From Bacteroidota bacterium (GTDB taxonomy: Bacteria; Bacteroidota; Bacteroidia; AKYH767-A; OLB10), in the NCBI GenBank assembly GCA_023251535.1, contig JAHEYP010000014.1, forward strand, positions 11,726-75,725: a DNA stretch of 64,000 bases, written 5' to 3'. Shown here in pieces: positions 10,401-19,635 of this stretch. The first letter of the stretch is position 1; each line of letters begins with the position of its first letter. The notes under the pieces are model-generated. The model was not told where the DNA came from. It saw only the letters and a list, made by a program, of their open reading frames with translations, and did no database searches. Made by a program: the position numbers and the translations under genes.

Positions 10401-10883
10401 TTGCTTTTTGAATCTTTCATAAATGAATTCAATTGTTTTAGTTCCTCCGTTTTCATCGGGACCACTTATACTCGCTTTCATATGGTTAATGTCGGTGAGC
10501 CAATATTCGATTGTTTTCGGGAAGTCGTGTGAGTTATTTGTAAATCGCCAATACGATTCTTCTTCCTTTTCTAGCATAAAGGGAGTTGATTTAATTTTCC
10601 CATTCACACGTATCGAAGGAATATAAAATGTCATTCCTCGGATGATCGATATCTTTAATGATTCTGTTTGAACGGTATCACCTTTTTCATTGATTGTTGC
10701 GCCGCTGCCATACATCAAATGGGGATTCACATACATCCAACTTTCGAGAACTTTCGATTGTCCGCTTGTTCCTACCCAGCCACCCGCAAGTTTTTTAAGT
10801 CCTGCCGGAAGTTGATTCTGAGCTAGTCCGCTTTGGTAAAATAAACAGAATAGGATAGCGATATACAAGGTTGTCTTTTTCAT
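10398..10883 (-). CDS. Hypothetical secreted protein (lipocalin-like/DUF)
   Basis: Signal peptide MKKTTLYIAILFCLFYQSGLAQ; no catalytic motif. Confidence 0.5.
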   Translation of the reverse strand: MKKTTLYIAILFCLFYQSGLAQNQLPAGLKKLAGGWVGTSGQSKVLESWMYVNPHLMYGSGATINEKGDTVQTESLKISIIRGMTFYIPSIRVNGKIKSTPFMLEKEEESYWRFTNNSHDFPKTIEYWLTDINHMKASISGPDENGGTKTIEFIYERFKKQ

Positions 10884-10970
10884 GAAATCGAACTTAAGAT
10901 GATGCGAAAGTAGTTATTTGATCGTCTATCTCCATATCCCTTTGAAAATAGATATAATATTACCCTAACT

Positions 10971-11621
10971 TTGCAACTAAATTTTGTAGCTATGTTGGTA
11001 AGTTATATTGAAGCAGCTGCGGTTGTGGTTTCTGCTTTGTCGGGAATGATTAATGCTGCCGAGAAGAAAATGGACATCGTTGGCGCATATAGTTTGGCCT
11101 TGATAGTAGCCTTTGGTGGAGGAACCTTGAGAGATGTTTTACTGAACCGTAGGCCTTTTTTCTGGGTAGAACACGAGGAATATCTTATTGTGGTATTAGT
11201 TATAACAATAGCTTTTGTTTATATACCGTTGTTTCATCGATTAGCTAAGAAGATGCATCGCCGAACAAATACGGTTGAAGCAATCGGACTTGGATTATTT
11301 TCGATGGCGGGATTGGTAGCTGCATTGAATGCAGGATTGCCTATATTTCCCGCTTCATTAATGGGAGTTATTACTGGAGTAGCTGGAGGCGTTTTTCGTG
11401 ATATCGTAAACAATGAAATGCCTGTTATTTTTCGCCCTTCCGGCGGATTATACGCAGTAGCATCATTTGCTGGTTGTTGGTTGTTTTTAGCGATTTGGAT
11501 GCTTTTTAAGGCAGCCTTCATCGGATTTGTATTAGGAGCAACCTTTATTGTTGTTCTTCGCTTAGTATCGATTTATTTAGGTATACGCTTACCTAATCCA
11601 CTATGGGTAGAGGATAAATAA
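10971..11621 (+). CDS. UPF0126/TRIC-type membrane protein (YadS/YicG family)
   Basis: Two internal repeats with GGGTLRDVLL and GVAGGVFRDIV motifs. Confidence 0.7.
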   Translation: MQLNFVAMLVSYIEAAAVVVSALSGMINAAEKKMDIVGAYSLALIVAFGGGTLRDVLLNRRPFFWVEHEEYLIVVLVITIAFVYIPLFHRLAKKMHRRTNTVEAIGLGLFSMAGLVAALNAGLPIFPASLMGVITGVAGGVFRDIVNNEMPVIFRPSGGLYAVASFAGCWLFLAIWMLFKAAFIGFVLGATFIVVLRLVSIYLGIRLPNPLWVEDK

Positions 11622-11657
11622 AAAACACCGCTGATGTTATTCGTCAGCGGTGTTTCT
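11621..11657. terminator. Bidirectional terminator
   Basis: acaccgctga...tcagcggtgt with flanking A- and T-runs. Confidence 0.6.
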
Positions 11658-11672
11658 ATATTGATTGAATAA

Positions 11673-12371
11673 TTATTTTCTTCTTCCGAATAATCTTAAG
11701 AGTAACAAGAAAAGGTTAATGAAGTCGAGATAGAGTGAAAGAGCACCCATTATCGACGCTTTTTGGTAATTCTCGGTATCGTCAGGTGAAATTGCAGCAT
11801 ACCCTTTGATTTTTTGAGTATCGTAAGCAATTAATCCTGTGAAGATTAAAATTCCTGCATAAGTCGTGATCCAATAAATAGTTTCACTTTTCATGAACCA
11901 ATTAGCAATTGAAGCGATTACCATTCCAATTAATGCCATCATTAGGATTGATCCTAATTTACTTAAATCGCGTCCCGTAACGAATCCCAAAACAGCCATT
12001 ACTCCGAATGTTGCTCCAGTGATGAAAAAGGTTGAAGCAATAGATGCGGAAGTGTAAACGACAAATATCGTTGAAAGTGTTATTCCTGTTAACGTTGCAT
12101 AAAGGACAAATATGAAGGTCGCTACAGAAGCCGATAGTTTGTTAACGAATATTGCTAAAGATCCTACTGATAGAATTTGAGCAATAAATAATCCAATTAC
12201 AACCATAGAATTACTGAAAATCAAATTCATGATTTCAATGTTTCCTGATATTAGAAATGATATTCCACCTGTAATGATTAATGCAAGCGTCATCCAGCTG
12301 AATACTTTTGCCATGAAACGGGTTTGTGCCGTTGCAATGGCTAATTGTTGTTCGGTGAATTGTTGTTCCAT
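11673..12371 (-). CDS. Bax inhibitor-1/YccA family membrane protein
   Basis: 7-TM protein with characteristic C-terminus GALSLYLDFINLFLLLLRLFG. Confidence 0.75.
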   Translation of the reverse strand: MEQQFTEQQLAIATAQTRFMAKVFSWMTLALIITGGISFLISGNIEIMNLIFSNSMVVIGLFIAQILSVGSLAIFVNKLSASVATFIFVLYATLTGITLSTIFVVYTSASIASTFFITGATFGVMAVLGFVTGRDLSKLGSILMMALIGMVIASIANWFMKSETIYWITTYAGILIFTGLIAYDTQKIKGYAAISPDDTENYQKASIMGALSLYLDFINLFLLLLRLFGRRK

Positions 12372-12385
12372 ATTATACTTTGTTG

Positions 12386-14566
12386 TTATAAATTATTGAG
12401 GATAAAGTTAGTCATTTTTGTATAAAGATGTAATCGCGCACCACCGCCACTAATTCCGTGGTTACGGTTAGGGTAGATGAAGAAATCGAATTGCTTGTTA
12501 TTCTTCACGAGAGCATTTACGAAGTCCATTGAGTTTTGCATATGTACATTGTCATCTGCTGAGCCGTGAATCAACATGAAGTTTCCTTTAAGTTGTTTAG
12601 CGTAGGTGATAGGGGAGTTCTTATCATATCCATCGGCATTTTCTTGAGGTGTCTGCAAATATCGTTCCGTATAAATATTATCGTAATATCTCCAATTGAT
12701 TACAGGAGCCACAGCGATTCCAGTTTTGTAAACTGTATTCACTTTCGTCATTAAAAGCGAGGTCATGTATCCTCCGAAACTCCATCCCCAAACTCCTACA
12801 CGGTCTTTGTTGACATAAGGCAAACTCTTCATGTAATTAGCGGCCGCTACTTGATCTTCTACTTCTAATTTACCCATGTCTTTGTAGATGCAATTAGCAA
12901 AATCAATTCCTCGTCCAGGGGTACCTCTATTGTCGACACTAACAATGATATATCCTTTTTGTGCTAAAAGTTGATGCCATAAATAGTTTGGACCATCCCA
13001 ATCGTTCGTCACTGTTTGTACTCCGGGACCTCCATAAACATTGAATAAAACAGGATAAGTTTTAGTGCTGTCGAAATCAGGAGGTAAAATCATCCAACCT
13101 AATAGTTCGGTTTGATCGGATGTTTTGAATGAGAAGAAACGATATTTTCCAAAGCGGAATTTCTGCATTTCTGCACGCATATCGCGATTGTCTTCTAATG
13201 TCCTTAGCGTTTTACCTTTATTACTTATAACAGTACATGTAAACGGATTTCCGAATGATGAATAAGTGTCGACAAAATATTTACATCCTTCGCTGAATTC
13301 TGCATTGTGAACTCCTTGCGACGGTGTTAAATTAGTTTTCTTTCCTGTTAATGTGATTGAATAGATATTTTTTTCAGTCGGACTCATCTCGGTACTTTGA
13401 TAGTAAAAAGTTCCGGATGCTTCGTCAAATCCATAGTAGTGAGTTATTTCAAATTTACCAGAAGTGACTTGTTTTACTTGCGTGCCATCGAGGTTGTATA
13501 AATAAATATGGTTGTATCCGTCGCGCGCCGATGTCCATATAAACTGCTTGCCGTTCGATAAAAATGTTAAATCATCAGTGATTTCGATAAATGATTTATT
13601 TTCATCTTTTAAGATTACTTTCGATGATCCGTCAGTAGCATTACAGAGTAATAATTCCAAAACATTTTGATGGCGATTGCTACGTTGAATACTTAAAGTG
13701 TTGGCGTCTTTTGTCCATTGTATACGAGGAATGTATTCACGCTCAGAGCCTGTCTCAGCCTTAATTGTTTTTCCTGAGACTATGTTAGCAATATAAATAT
13801 CTACCTTAGAATTATCTTCACCAGCTTTCGGGTATTTATATTTTTCTTCACGCGGATAAAGTTCTCCATAGTAAGTCAAATTGAATTCTTTTACATTGCT
13901 TTCATCGAATTTATAAAAAGCAATTTTTTTTCCGTCAGGCGACCATTGAAAGGCCACATCCATGCTAAATTCTTCTTCATATACCCAATCGGTAGCACCA
14001 TTTATAATTTCATTCTTTTTTCCGTCGGTAGTTATTGCAGTTTCTTTCCCGTCTGACAAATTATAATAATAAAGGTTATTATCTCTCACATATGCCAATT
14101 TGTCGTTTTTAGGCGAAAAAGTGCAGTACATCATTTTGCCGTTTTGTGAGATCTTGCGAATATTTCCCGTAGTTCTGTTTAGAACATAGTAGTCGGAACG
14201 GCTTGAATGACGGTATATGGCTTCGGTATTGGCAGATAATAAAACCAAGTTTTCATCGGGACTAAAAGTGTAATTCACGAAGTCAACAGTATCTTTTCCA
14301 TTGATCAATTGACTTGGCTTTACTAGGGTGTCAATAGCCTTTCCGGTAGCAAAGGAGTATTTAACAATATATGTGCCTGTCGATCCATTTGCGGTGTTGG
14401 TATAGAAATCTCCGTTTTTCATCGAACTAAAGCCTCCTTCCGTTTTGGCAAATAATTTCGGGCTACCCCATATATCTTCCAATTGAATTGCCCCTTGCTG
14501 AGCCTGTACCGTAGTTATGGAAAGCAATATTATTCCACAAAGGTTTCTCAAATTAGATTTAAACAT
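12386..14566 (-). CDS. Dipeptidyl-peptidase IV, S9B prolyl oligopeptidase family
   Basis: Signal peptide; N-terminal DPPIV beta-propeller; C-terminal catalytic GWSFGGYMT and DNRGT motifs. Confidence 0.85.
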   Translation of the reverse strand: MFKSNLRNLCGIILLSITTVQAQQGAIQLEDIWGSPKLFAKTEGGFSSMKNGDFYTNTANGSTGTYIVKYSFATGKAIDTLVKPSQLINGKDTVDFVNYTFSPDENLVLLSANTEAIYRHSSRSDYYVLNRTTGNIRKISQNGKMMYCTFSPKNDKLAYVRDNNLYYYNLSDGKETAITTDGKKNEIINGATDWVYEEEFSMDVAFQWSPDGKKIAFYKFDESNVKEFNLTYYGELYPREEKYKYPKAGEDNSKVDIYIANIVSGKTIKAETGSEREYIPRIQWTKDANTLSIQRSNRHQNVLELLLCNATDGSSKVILKDENKSFIEITDDLTFLSNGKQFIWTSARDGYNHIYLYNLDGTQVKQVTSGKFEITHYYGFDEASGTFYYQSTEMSPTEKNIYSITLTGKKTNLTPSQGVHNAEFSEGCKYFVDTYSSFGNPFTCTVISNKGKTLRTLEDNRDMRAEMQKFRFGKYRFFSFKTSDQTELLGWMILPPDFDSTKTYPVLFNVYGGPGVQTVTNDWDGPNYLWHQLLAQKGYIIVSVDNRGTPGRGIDFANCIYKDMGKLEVEDQVAAANYMKSLPYVNKDRVGVWGWSFGGYMTSLLMTKVNTVYKTGIAVAPVINWRYYDNIYTERYLQTPQENADGYDKNSPITYAKQLKGNFMLIHGSADDNVHMQNSMDFVNALVKNNKQFDFFIYPNRNHGISGGGARLHLYTKMTNFILNNL

Positions 14567-14665
14567 AATATCATGTATTTTATGGGGATAAACCTACAAA
14601 TTTTATATTGATTTTTGCAGTACTGCGAATAATTTTTACCTTAGCAAAAAATTAGCATTTCGTCG

Positions 14666-15295
14666 ATGAATCGCATTTGTTTTTTGGCAATCTTTTTTGT
14701 CATAACTTTATGTAATAACGTTGTTGCTCAAATTAGTGAAGGTAAAATAACATATTCTTTATCTTATCCTGATTTAGATCTCCCTGCTGCTCAGAAGGCA
14801 TATTTGCCGACCGAGTCAGTTACCTATTTCAAAAACGGTAAAAGTAGAAGTGAATCAGAAGGGCTGATGGGAATGAAAACTGTTACCATAAGTACCGACA
14901 AAGAAATAATCATGTTGTTGGATGTGATGGGGAATAAGTCGGCTATTAGGAAGGAAATTAGTGCTGCAGAAAAGCCAAATAAGGTTGATGTTACTTCTGA
15001 GAAAAAGAAAATTGCCGGGTATGATTGTCAAAAGGTAATTATTTCAACTGGCGGAGATGATAAAATAGTTATGTGGATTACCAAAAGTATTATCGGTGGC
15101 GGAAATTGGGGTGGAACATTTGATAAAATTGAAGGAGCTCCTATGGAATTTTCCATGAGTAATGGAGGATTGAACTTTAAAATGACTGCCGTTTCTGTGA
15201 AAGAAGAGAAAGTGAATTCTAACTTGTTTAGTATTCCTGAGGGTTATAAAGAAATGACCGAGGATGAACTAAAAGAAAATATGTTTAATAAGTAG
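14666..15295 (+). CDS. Hypothetical secreted protein (DUF4412-like)
   Basis: Signal peptide MNRICFLAIFFVITLCNNVVAQ; no known motif. Confidence 0.45.
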   Translation: MNRICFLAIFFVITLCNNVVAQISEGKITYSLSYPDLDLPAAQKAYLPTESVTYFKNGKSRSESEGLMGMKTVTISTDKEIIMLLDVMGNKSAIRKEISAAEKPNKVDVTSEKKKIAGYDCQKVIISTGGDDKIVMWITKSIIGGGNWGGTFDKIEGAPMEFSMSNGGLNFKMTAVSVKEEKVNSNLFSIPEGYKEMTEDELKENMFNK

Positions 15296-15327
15296 TAAAT
15301 TCTAAATTTTGTTTTAATTATTTTGTA

Positions 15328-15693
15328 ATGAATATAGTTTTGTTGTCTTGCGTCTTTATTGTGCTGATTTTATTCAGTATTGGTGTTAAATTTAGTCTCG
15401 ATCCAGGCGACGTAGGAAGTTATTTTGCGTATCGAACGAAGAACAGTATGCGAAGTGAACATACTTGGGTAGATGGTAATAATTATGCCGGACGATGTTT
15501 GATGATTGCATCGCCATTGCAAATAATTTTGTTGATTACATCTGAAAATTATCTGCCGCTGCATCCCACACGAATTTTTGTGATTTTAGTATCCGGTACT
15601 ATAATTTCTATCCTTGCTACTCGAATACTAACAGAAAATCGTTTGTCACGTCTGTATTTTAAAGATGGCAAACGCCGACCAAACTCTTTGTGA
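15328..15693 (+). CDS. Small hypothetical membrane protein
   Basis: ORF with 3-4 predicted TM helices. Confidence 0.4.
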   Translation: MNIVLLSCVFIVLILFSIGVKFSLDPGDVGSYFAYRTKNSMRSEHTWVDGNNYAGRCLMIASPLQIILLITSENYLPLHPTRIFVILVSGTIISILATRILTENRLSRLYFKDGKRRPNSL

Positions 15694-15745
15694 TTTGATC
15701 TTTGTTGATTTTTTGTTTTAAATTTATCCTGTTAAAAATCACAGG

Positions 15746-17512
15746 ATGTTTAAAAAAATTATTGTAGGATTTCTGCTTATCGCTTGTGCTCAATTGTCAA
15801 GAGCTCAGGATTACAAGCTTATTTTTGATGAGCCTCAAACTCATTATGTAACTGTACAAATGAGTCTTAACGCCAAAGGTGGTGACCTCGAGTTACATAT
15901 GCCTGTTTGGGCTCCTGGTTCTTATTTGGTTCGTGAGTTCTCTAAGAATGTTGAAGCCTTTTCTGCTAAAAATGAAAGTGGCAATTCATTAACTGTTGTG
16001 CGTAACAGAAAGAATTCATGGGTGATAAAATCAGCTAAGGGGAAAATTTCTATCTCGTATAAGGTCTATGCTTATGAGTTAACTGTGCGTACAAGTTTTA
16101 TTGATGCCGACCATGCTTACTTAAATGGCACTAGTATTTTTATGTTTGTTAAGAATCAGTTGCAGTCGCCTTGCACAGTAGAGGTAGTTCCTTTTTCGAA
16201 ATGGAGTACTATTTCTGTAGCCTTAGATCCTGTTGATGCAGCGAATCCTTGGAAAGTTAAAGCCGATAATTACGATGATTTAGTTGATGCACCATTTGAG
16301 ATTGGGAATCACAAGGTGCTTAAATTTACTTCTTCGGGCGTTCCTCATGAAGTTGCCATGTTTGGTGATGCCAATTACAATGCAGAGAAAATTACCGCCG
16401 ATATGGCTCGCGTTACAGCTGAATGCGCTAAAGTTTTCGGATCACATCCTTGTAAACGTTATTTATTCATTGTCCATAATCTGAGTTCGGGTGGCGGTGG
16501 ACTAGAGCATAAAAATTCAACCACATTACAGACTTCTCGAACTGGTTATGGTTCCGAGTCGGGGTATACCGGTTTTATGAATCTCGTAGCTCATGAATAT
16601 TTCCATTTATGGAATGTGAAGCGTATGCGTCCTGCAGAACTAGGTCCGTTTGATTACGATAATGAGAACTATACAAACATGCTTTATGTTTCTGAAGGAT
16701 TCACAGCTTACTACGATGATTTGATTACTCGTCGCTGTGGATTTTACAGCGATGCTCAATATTTCGAGAAGGTAGCATCAGGATTTTCTTATTGCATGAA
16801 TCAATTGGGTGCAACGTTGCAGCCTGTTAGTGAATCGAGTTTTGATGCATGGATTAAGTTCTATCGTCCGAATGAGAATTCAAACAATAGTACAGTGAGT
16901 TATTATACTAAAGGAGCAGCTGTAGGCGCCGTTCTCGATATGATGATTAGAGGTGGCTCTAATGGCAAATCCTCACTCGATGATGTAATGAAGGCGATGT
17001 ATGATTTATATGCTGTAAAACTCAATAGAGGCTATACTGACAAAGAGTTTATTGATTTGGTATCAAAGTATGCAGGAAGTGATATGCAATCGTTCTTCGA
17101 TAAGTATGTTTACGGTGTTGAAATGATGCCATTTGCCACGGCACTAAAATCGGTTGCTTGCGAAATCACCACAACAAATATCAATTCTCAAAAGACATAT
17201 TTAGGTATTGCAGTTAATTCAAAAAGTACTATCACATCCGTCGATCGCAATTCACCTGCTTGGATTGGCGGATTAAACGTGAACGACGAAATTATAGGTA
17301 TTGACCAATATCGTTTTACTGACGACATCTCAAAATATGTAGCAGCATATAAACCGGGTGATACCATGAAAGTTTTGGTGAATAGGGGAGGACTGCTTCG
17401 ATCTATCGAAGTGAAATTAACGAAATCTCCTTTTGTTGAATACCTTATTACGGATGCTGATAAGGCTAGTGAAACAGCTAAGAAAAATATGTTGAATTGG
17501 CTTGGTAAGTAA
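15746..17512 (+). CDS. M61-family metallopeptidase (glycyl aminopeptidase-like) with C-terminal PDZ domain
   Basis: Signal peptide; HExxH in VAHEYFHLWN; PDZ-like segment near the C-terminus. Confidence 0.6.
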   Translation: MFKKIIVGFLLIACAQLSRAQDYKLIFDEPQTHYVTVQMSLNAKGGDLELHMPVWAPGSYLVREFSKNVEAFSAKNESGNSLTVVRNRKNSWVIKSAKGKISISYKVYAYELTVRTSFIDADHAYLNGTSIFMFVKNQLQSPCTVEVVPFSKWSTISVALDPVDAANPWKVKADNYDDLVDAPFEIGNHKVLKFTSSGVPHEVAMFGDANYNAEKITADMARVTAECAKVFGSHPCKRYLFIVHNLSSGGGGLEHKNSTTLQTSRTGYGSESGYTGFMNLVAHEYFHLWNVKRMRPAELGPFDYDNENYTNMLYVSEGFTAYYDDLITRRCGFYSDAQYFEKVASGFSYCMNQLGATLQPVSESSFDAWIKFYRPNENSNNSTVSYYTKGAAVGAVLDMMIRGGSNGKSSLDDVMKAMYDLYAVKLNRGYTDKEFIDLVSKYAGSDMQSFFDKYVYGVEMMPFATALKSVACEITTTNINSQKTYLGIAVNSKSTITSVDRNSPAWIGGLNVNDEIIGIDQYRFTDDISKYVAAYKPGDTMKVLVNRGGLLRSIEVKLTKSPFVEYLITDADKASETAKKNMLNWLGK

Positions 17513-17524
17513 GATGGTATAATA

Positions 17525-17568
17525 AAAAGTAAAGGTCAATTCTAATATAGAGTTGACCTTTTTTATTG
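17525..17568. terminator. Bidirectional terminator
   Basis: aaggtcaa...ttgacctt plus tttttattgctttttt. Confidence 0.6.
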
Positions 17569-17573
17569 CTTTT

Positions 17574-19496
17574 TTATTTGCTTAAGATTACAAATTCAGT
17601 TCGTCGGTTTTGTGCTTTTCCGTCTTCACTATCATTGCCGGCAACAGGCTTTGTTTCTCCAAAGCCTTTATATGATAATCGCATTTTTTCTATTCCACAT
17701 TGCGCTAAAAAATCATAAACAGATTTTGCTCTATCTTCCGAAAGTTTCATGTTGTCTGCGGGATTTCCTGCATTATCTGTATGTCCTTGGATAGTTACTT
17801 TTAATCCTTGATTTAATTTTAAATAATCACTAAAATCGGTAAGTATGTTTTTGTCTTGAGGATTTAATTCCGATGAACTTGTTGAGAATAAAATATTATT
17901 GAGTTTATAGCTTTGCCCTACTTCCGTTTTCTTTAATTGCAGATTTACTTTCTTTGGCGCTTCTAAAGTACTGTCTTCTTTTGAGAAGTAGGCTGAGTTA
18001 TATGCGTAACCTTGTTTTTTAACGGTCAACATCAAGTCGTCGTTAAAGGCAACTACCGATGCATATTTACCAGTGATGGTATCATAGGTTACTTCGTAAT
18101 TCTCTTTTCCTTTCGCTTTCTTTAATTCAATTTTAGCAGAAGCAATGGCATCTTTATCTCCTTCAACTTCTCCTTTTATGAATAGTACTTTTTCGGGACG
18201 AACTTTTTCGGGTAAGTCGAATTCATAAATATCATAACCTCCGATTCCTTTTAGGCTGTTTGATGCGTAATATCCTTTTTTACCGTCGGTACTAACAAAA
18301 AAACCTACTTCATCAGCTTCGGTATTTATTGGATATCCAACGTTTATTGGCGTCGACCAGCCGCCGTCTGCCTTTAATTTGGTCATGTAAATATCGTACC
18401 CTCCCATTCCAGGTAATGCATCTGAACTGAAGTAAAATGTTTTATTATCGGGATGCATAAACGGAGTTTTTTCATTCCCTTTTGTATTGATAGGAGCAGG
18501 TAACGGTTGCGGCTTACCCCAATTTCCTTTTTCGTCTTTTTTCGTGACATAAATATCACTTGTCATGTTAATTGAGTCACGGAAACTGGCGAAATAAAGC
18601 GATCTTCCATCAGGAGCAACACTTGGTTGACTATCCCATAATTTCGGGTCATTAACATTACTTCCGATACTTGCCGGTTCTGTCCACTTTCCTTTTACTT
18701 CATCACTTGTATAAATGTCGAAGTTACCTGATTTGTTTACGGTAAAAAATAGATGTTTGTTATCGATTGTTACAGTTGCTCCGCCTTCGTTTCCGTTTAC
18801 AGCTTTATTGAACGGTGGTGGCATAGGCTCACCTTTGTTGAATTCGCCATTGGTACGAGTCGCCATCATGAATTTCTCAACGTTGCTCGGATATAACGAT
18901 CCTTTTTTTACTTCATCAAAACGACGCGTGAAAAAGCAAATTTCTTGATCGGGTGAAATCACTGCCAAGTATTCAGGATCACCACCTGAGACATTCTTCA
19001 ACGGTACTGGATTAAATGGCACAGGATTCGACATGATTTTCGCTCTCTGAATTTTCTGAGCTGCATCTAATCCATTTTCTTCTTTTACTTTATTGAAGTC
19101 TAAAAACGATTGTAAATTGTCGATTGCCGCTTTATAGTTTTTAGTTTGGTATTGATAATTCCCTAAACGATAATAAGCTTCGGCACTGGCATCAGGACAA
19201 ATTTCAATAACCTTGGCATAAGCTTTAGCCATGTTTTCATCGTCATGGTTAGTGAAAGCAATATCGCCATAAAGCAACCATGCATTTCCATTTAATGAAT
19301 CTTCTTCCAGCGATTTTAATACAAGTTCCTTAATCTTTTTATAAGGATCTCGTGATTTCTTCGCGTCTTTGGCATCATCTAAATATTTGTTCGATTTTTT
19401 AACGGTCGATTCAGGACACCTAGCCTTATTTTGGGCCGAAACGGGTGTCGAAACAAAAATGAATATTGCGATGAAACTGCCTATAACCTTAAACAT
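17574..19496 (-). CDS. OmpA-family protein with TPR region and TolB-like (PD40) beta-propeller
   Basis: Signal peptide; TPR-like N-terminal region; PD40-type repeats; C-terminal OmpA domain (TIQGHTDNAGNPADNMKLSEDRAKSV...NRRTEFVIL). Confidence 0.75.
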   Translation of the reverse strand: MFKVIGSFIAIFIFVSTPVSAQNKARCPESTVKKSNKYLDDAKDAKKSRDPYKKIKELVLKSLEEDSLNGNAWLLYGDIAFTNHDDENMAKAYAKVIEICPDASAEAYYRLGNYQYQTKNYKAAIDNLQSFLDFNKVKEENGLDAAQKIQRAKIMSNPVPFNPVPLKNVSGGDPEYLAVISPDQEICFFTRRFDEVKKGSLYPSNVEKFMMATRTNGEFNKGEPMPPPFNKAVNGNEGGATVTIDNKHLFFTVNKSGNFDIYTSDEVKGKWTEPASIGSNVNDPKLWDSQPSVAPDGRSLYFASFRDSINMTSDIYVTKKDEKGNWGKPQPLPAPINTKGNEKTPFMHPDNKTFYFSSDALPGMGGYDIYMTKLKADGGWSTPINVGYPINTEADEVGFFVSTDGKKGYYASNSLKGIGGYDIYEFDLPEKVRPEKVLFIKGEVEGDKDAIASAKIELKKAKGKENYEVTYDTITGKYASVVAFNDDLMLTVKKQGYAYNSAYFSKEDSTLEAPKKVNLQLKKTEVGQSYKLNNILFSTSSSELNPQDKNILTDFSDYLKLNQGLKVTIQGHTDNAGNPADNMKLSEDRAKSVYDFLAQCGIEKMRLSYKGFGETKPVAGNDSEDGKAQNRRTEFVILSK

Positions 19497-19588
19497 GTAG
19501 CTCTAACGTAAATGAGCTACAAATATTGAGACTAAACACGCTCTCTTTCCTGTTTCTTCATAAAGTCTTTCAACAGGTTGAGGTGCAT

Positions 19589-19620
19589 AAAAAAAGGCCT
19601 CTGAATAGGAGGCCTTTTCT
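19589..19620 (-). terminator. Hairpin terminator downstream of the T9SS cargo gene
   Basis: aaaaaaaggcctc...gaggcct. Confidence 0.5.
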
Positions 19621-19635
19621 ATGATATAATGCTAA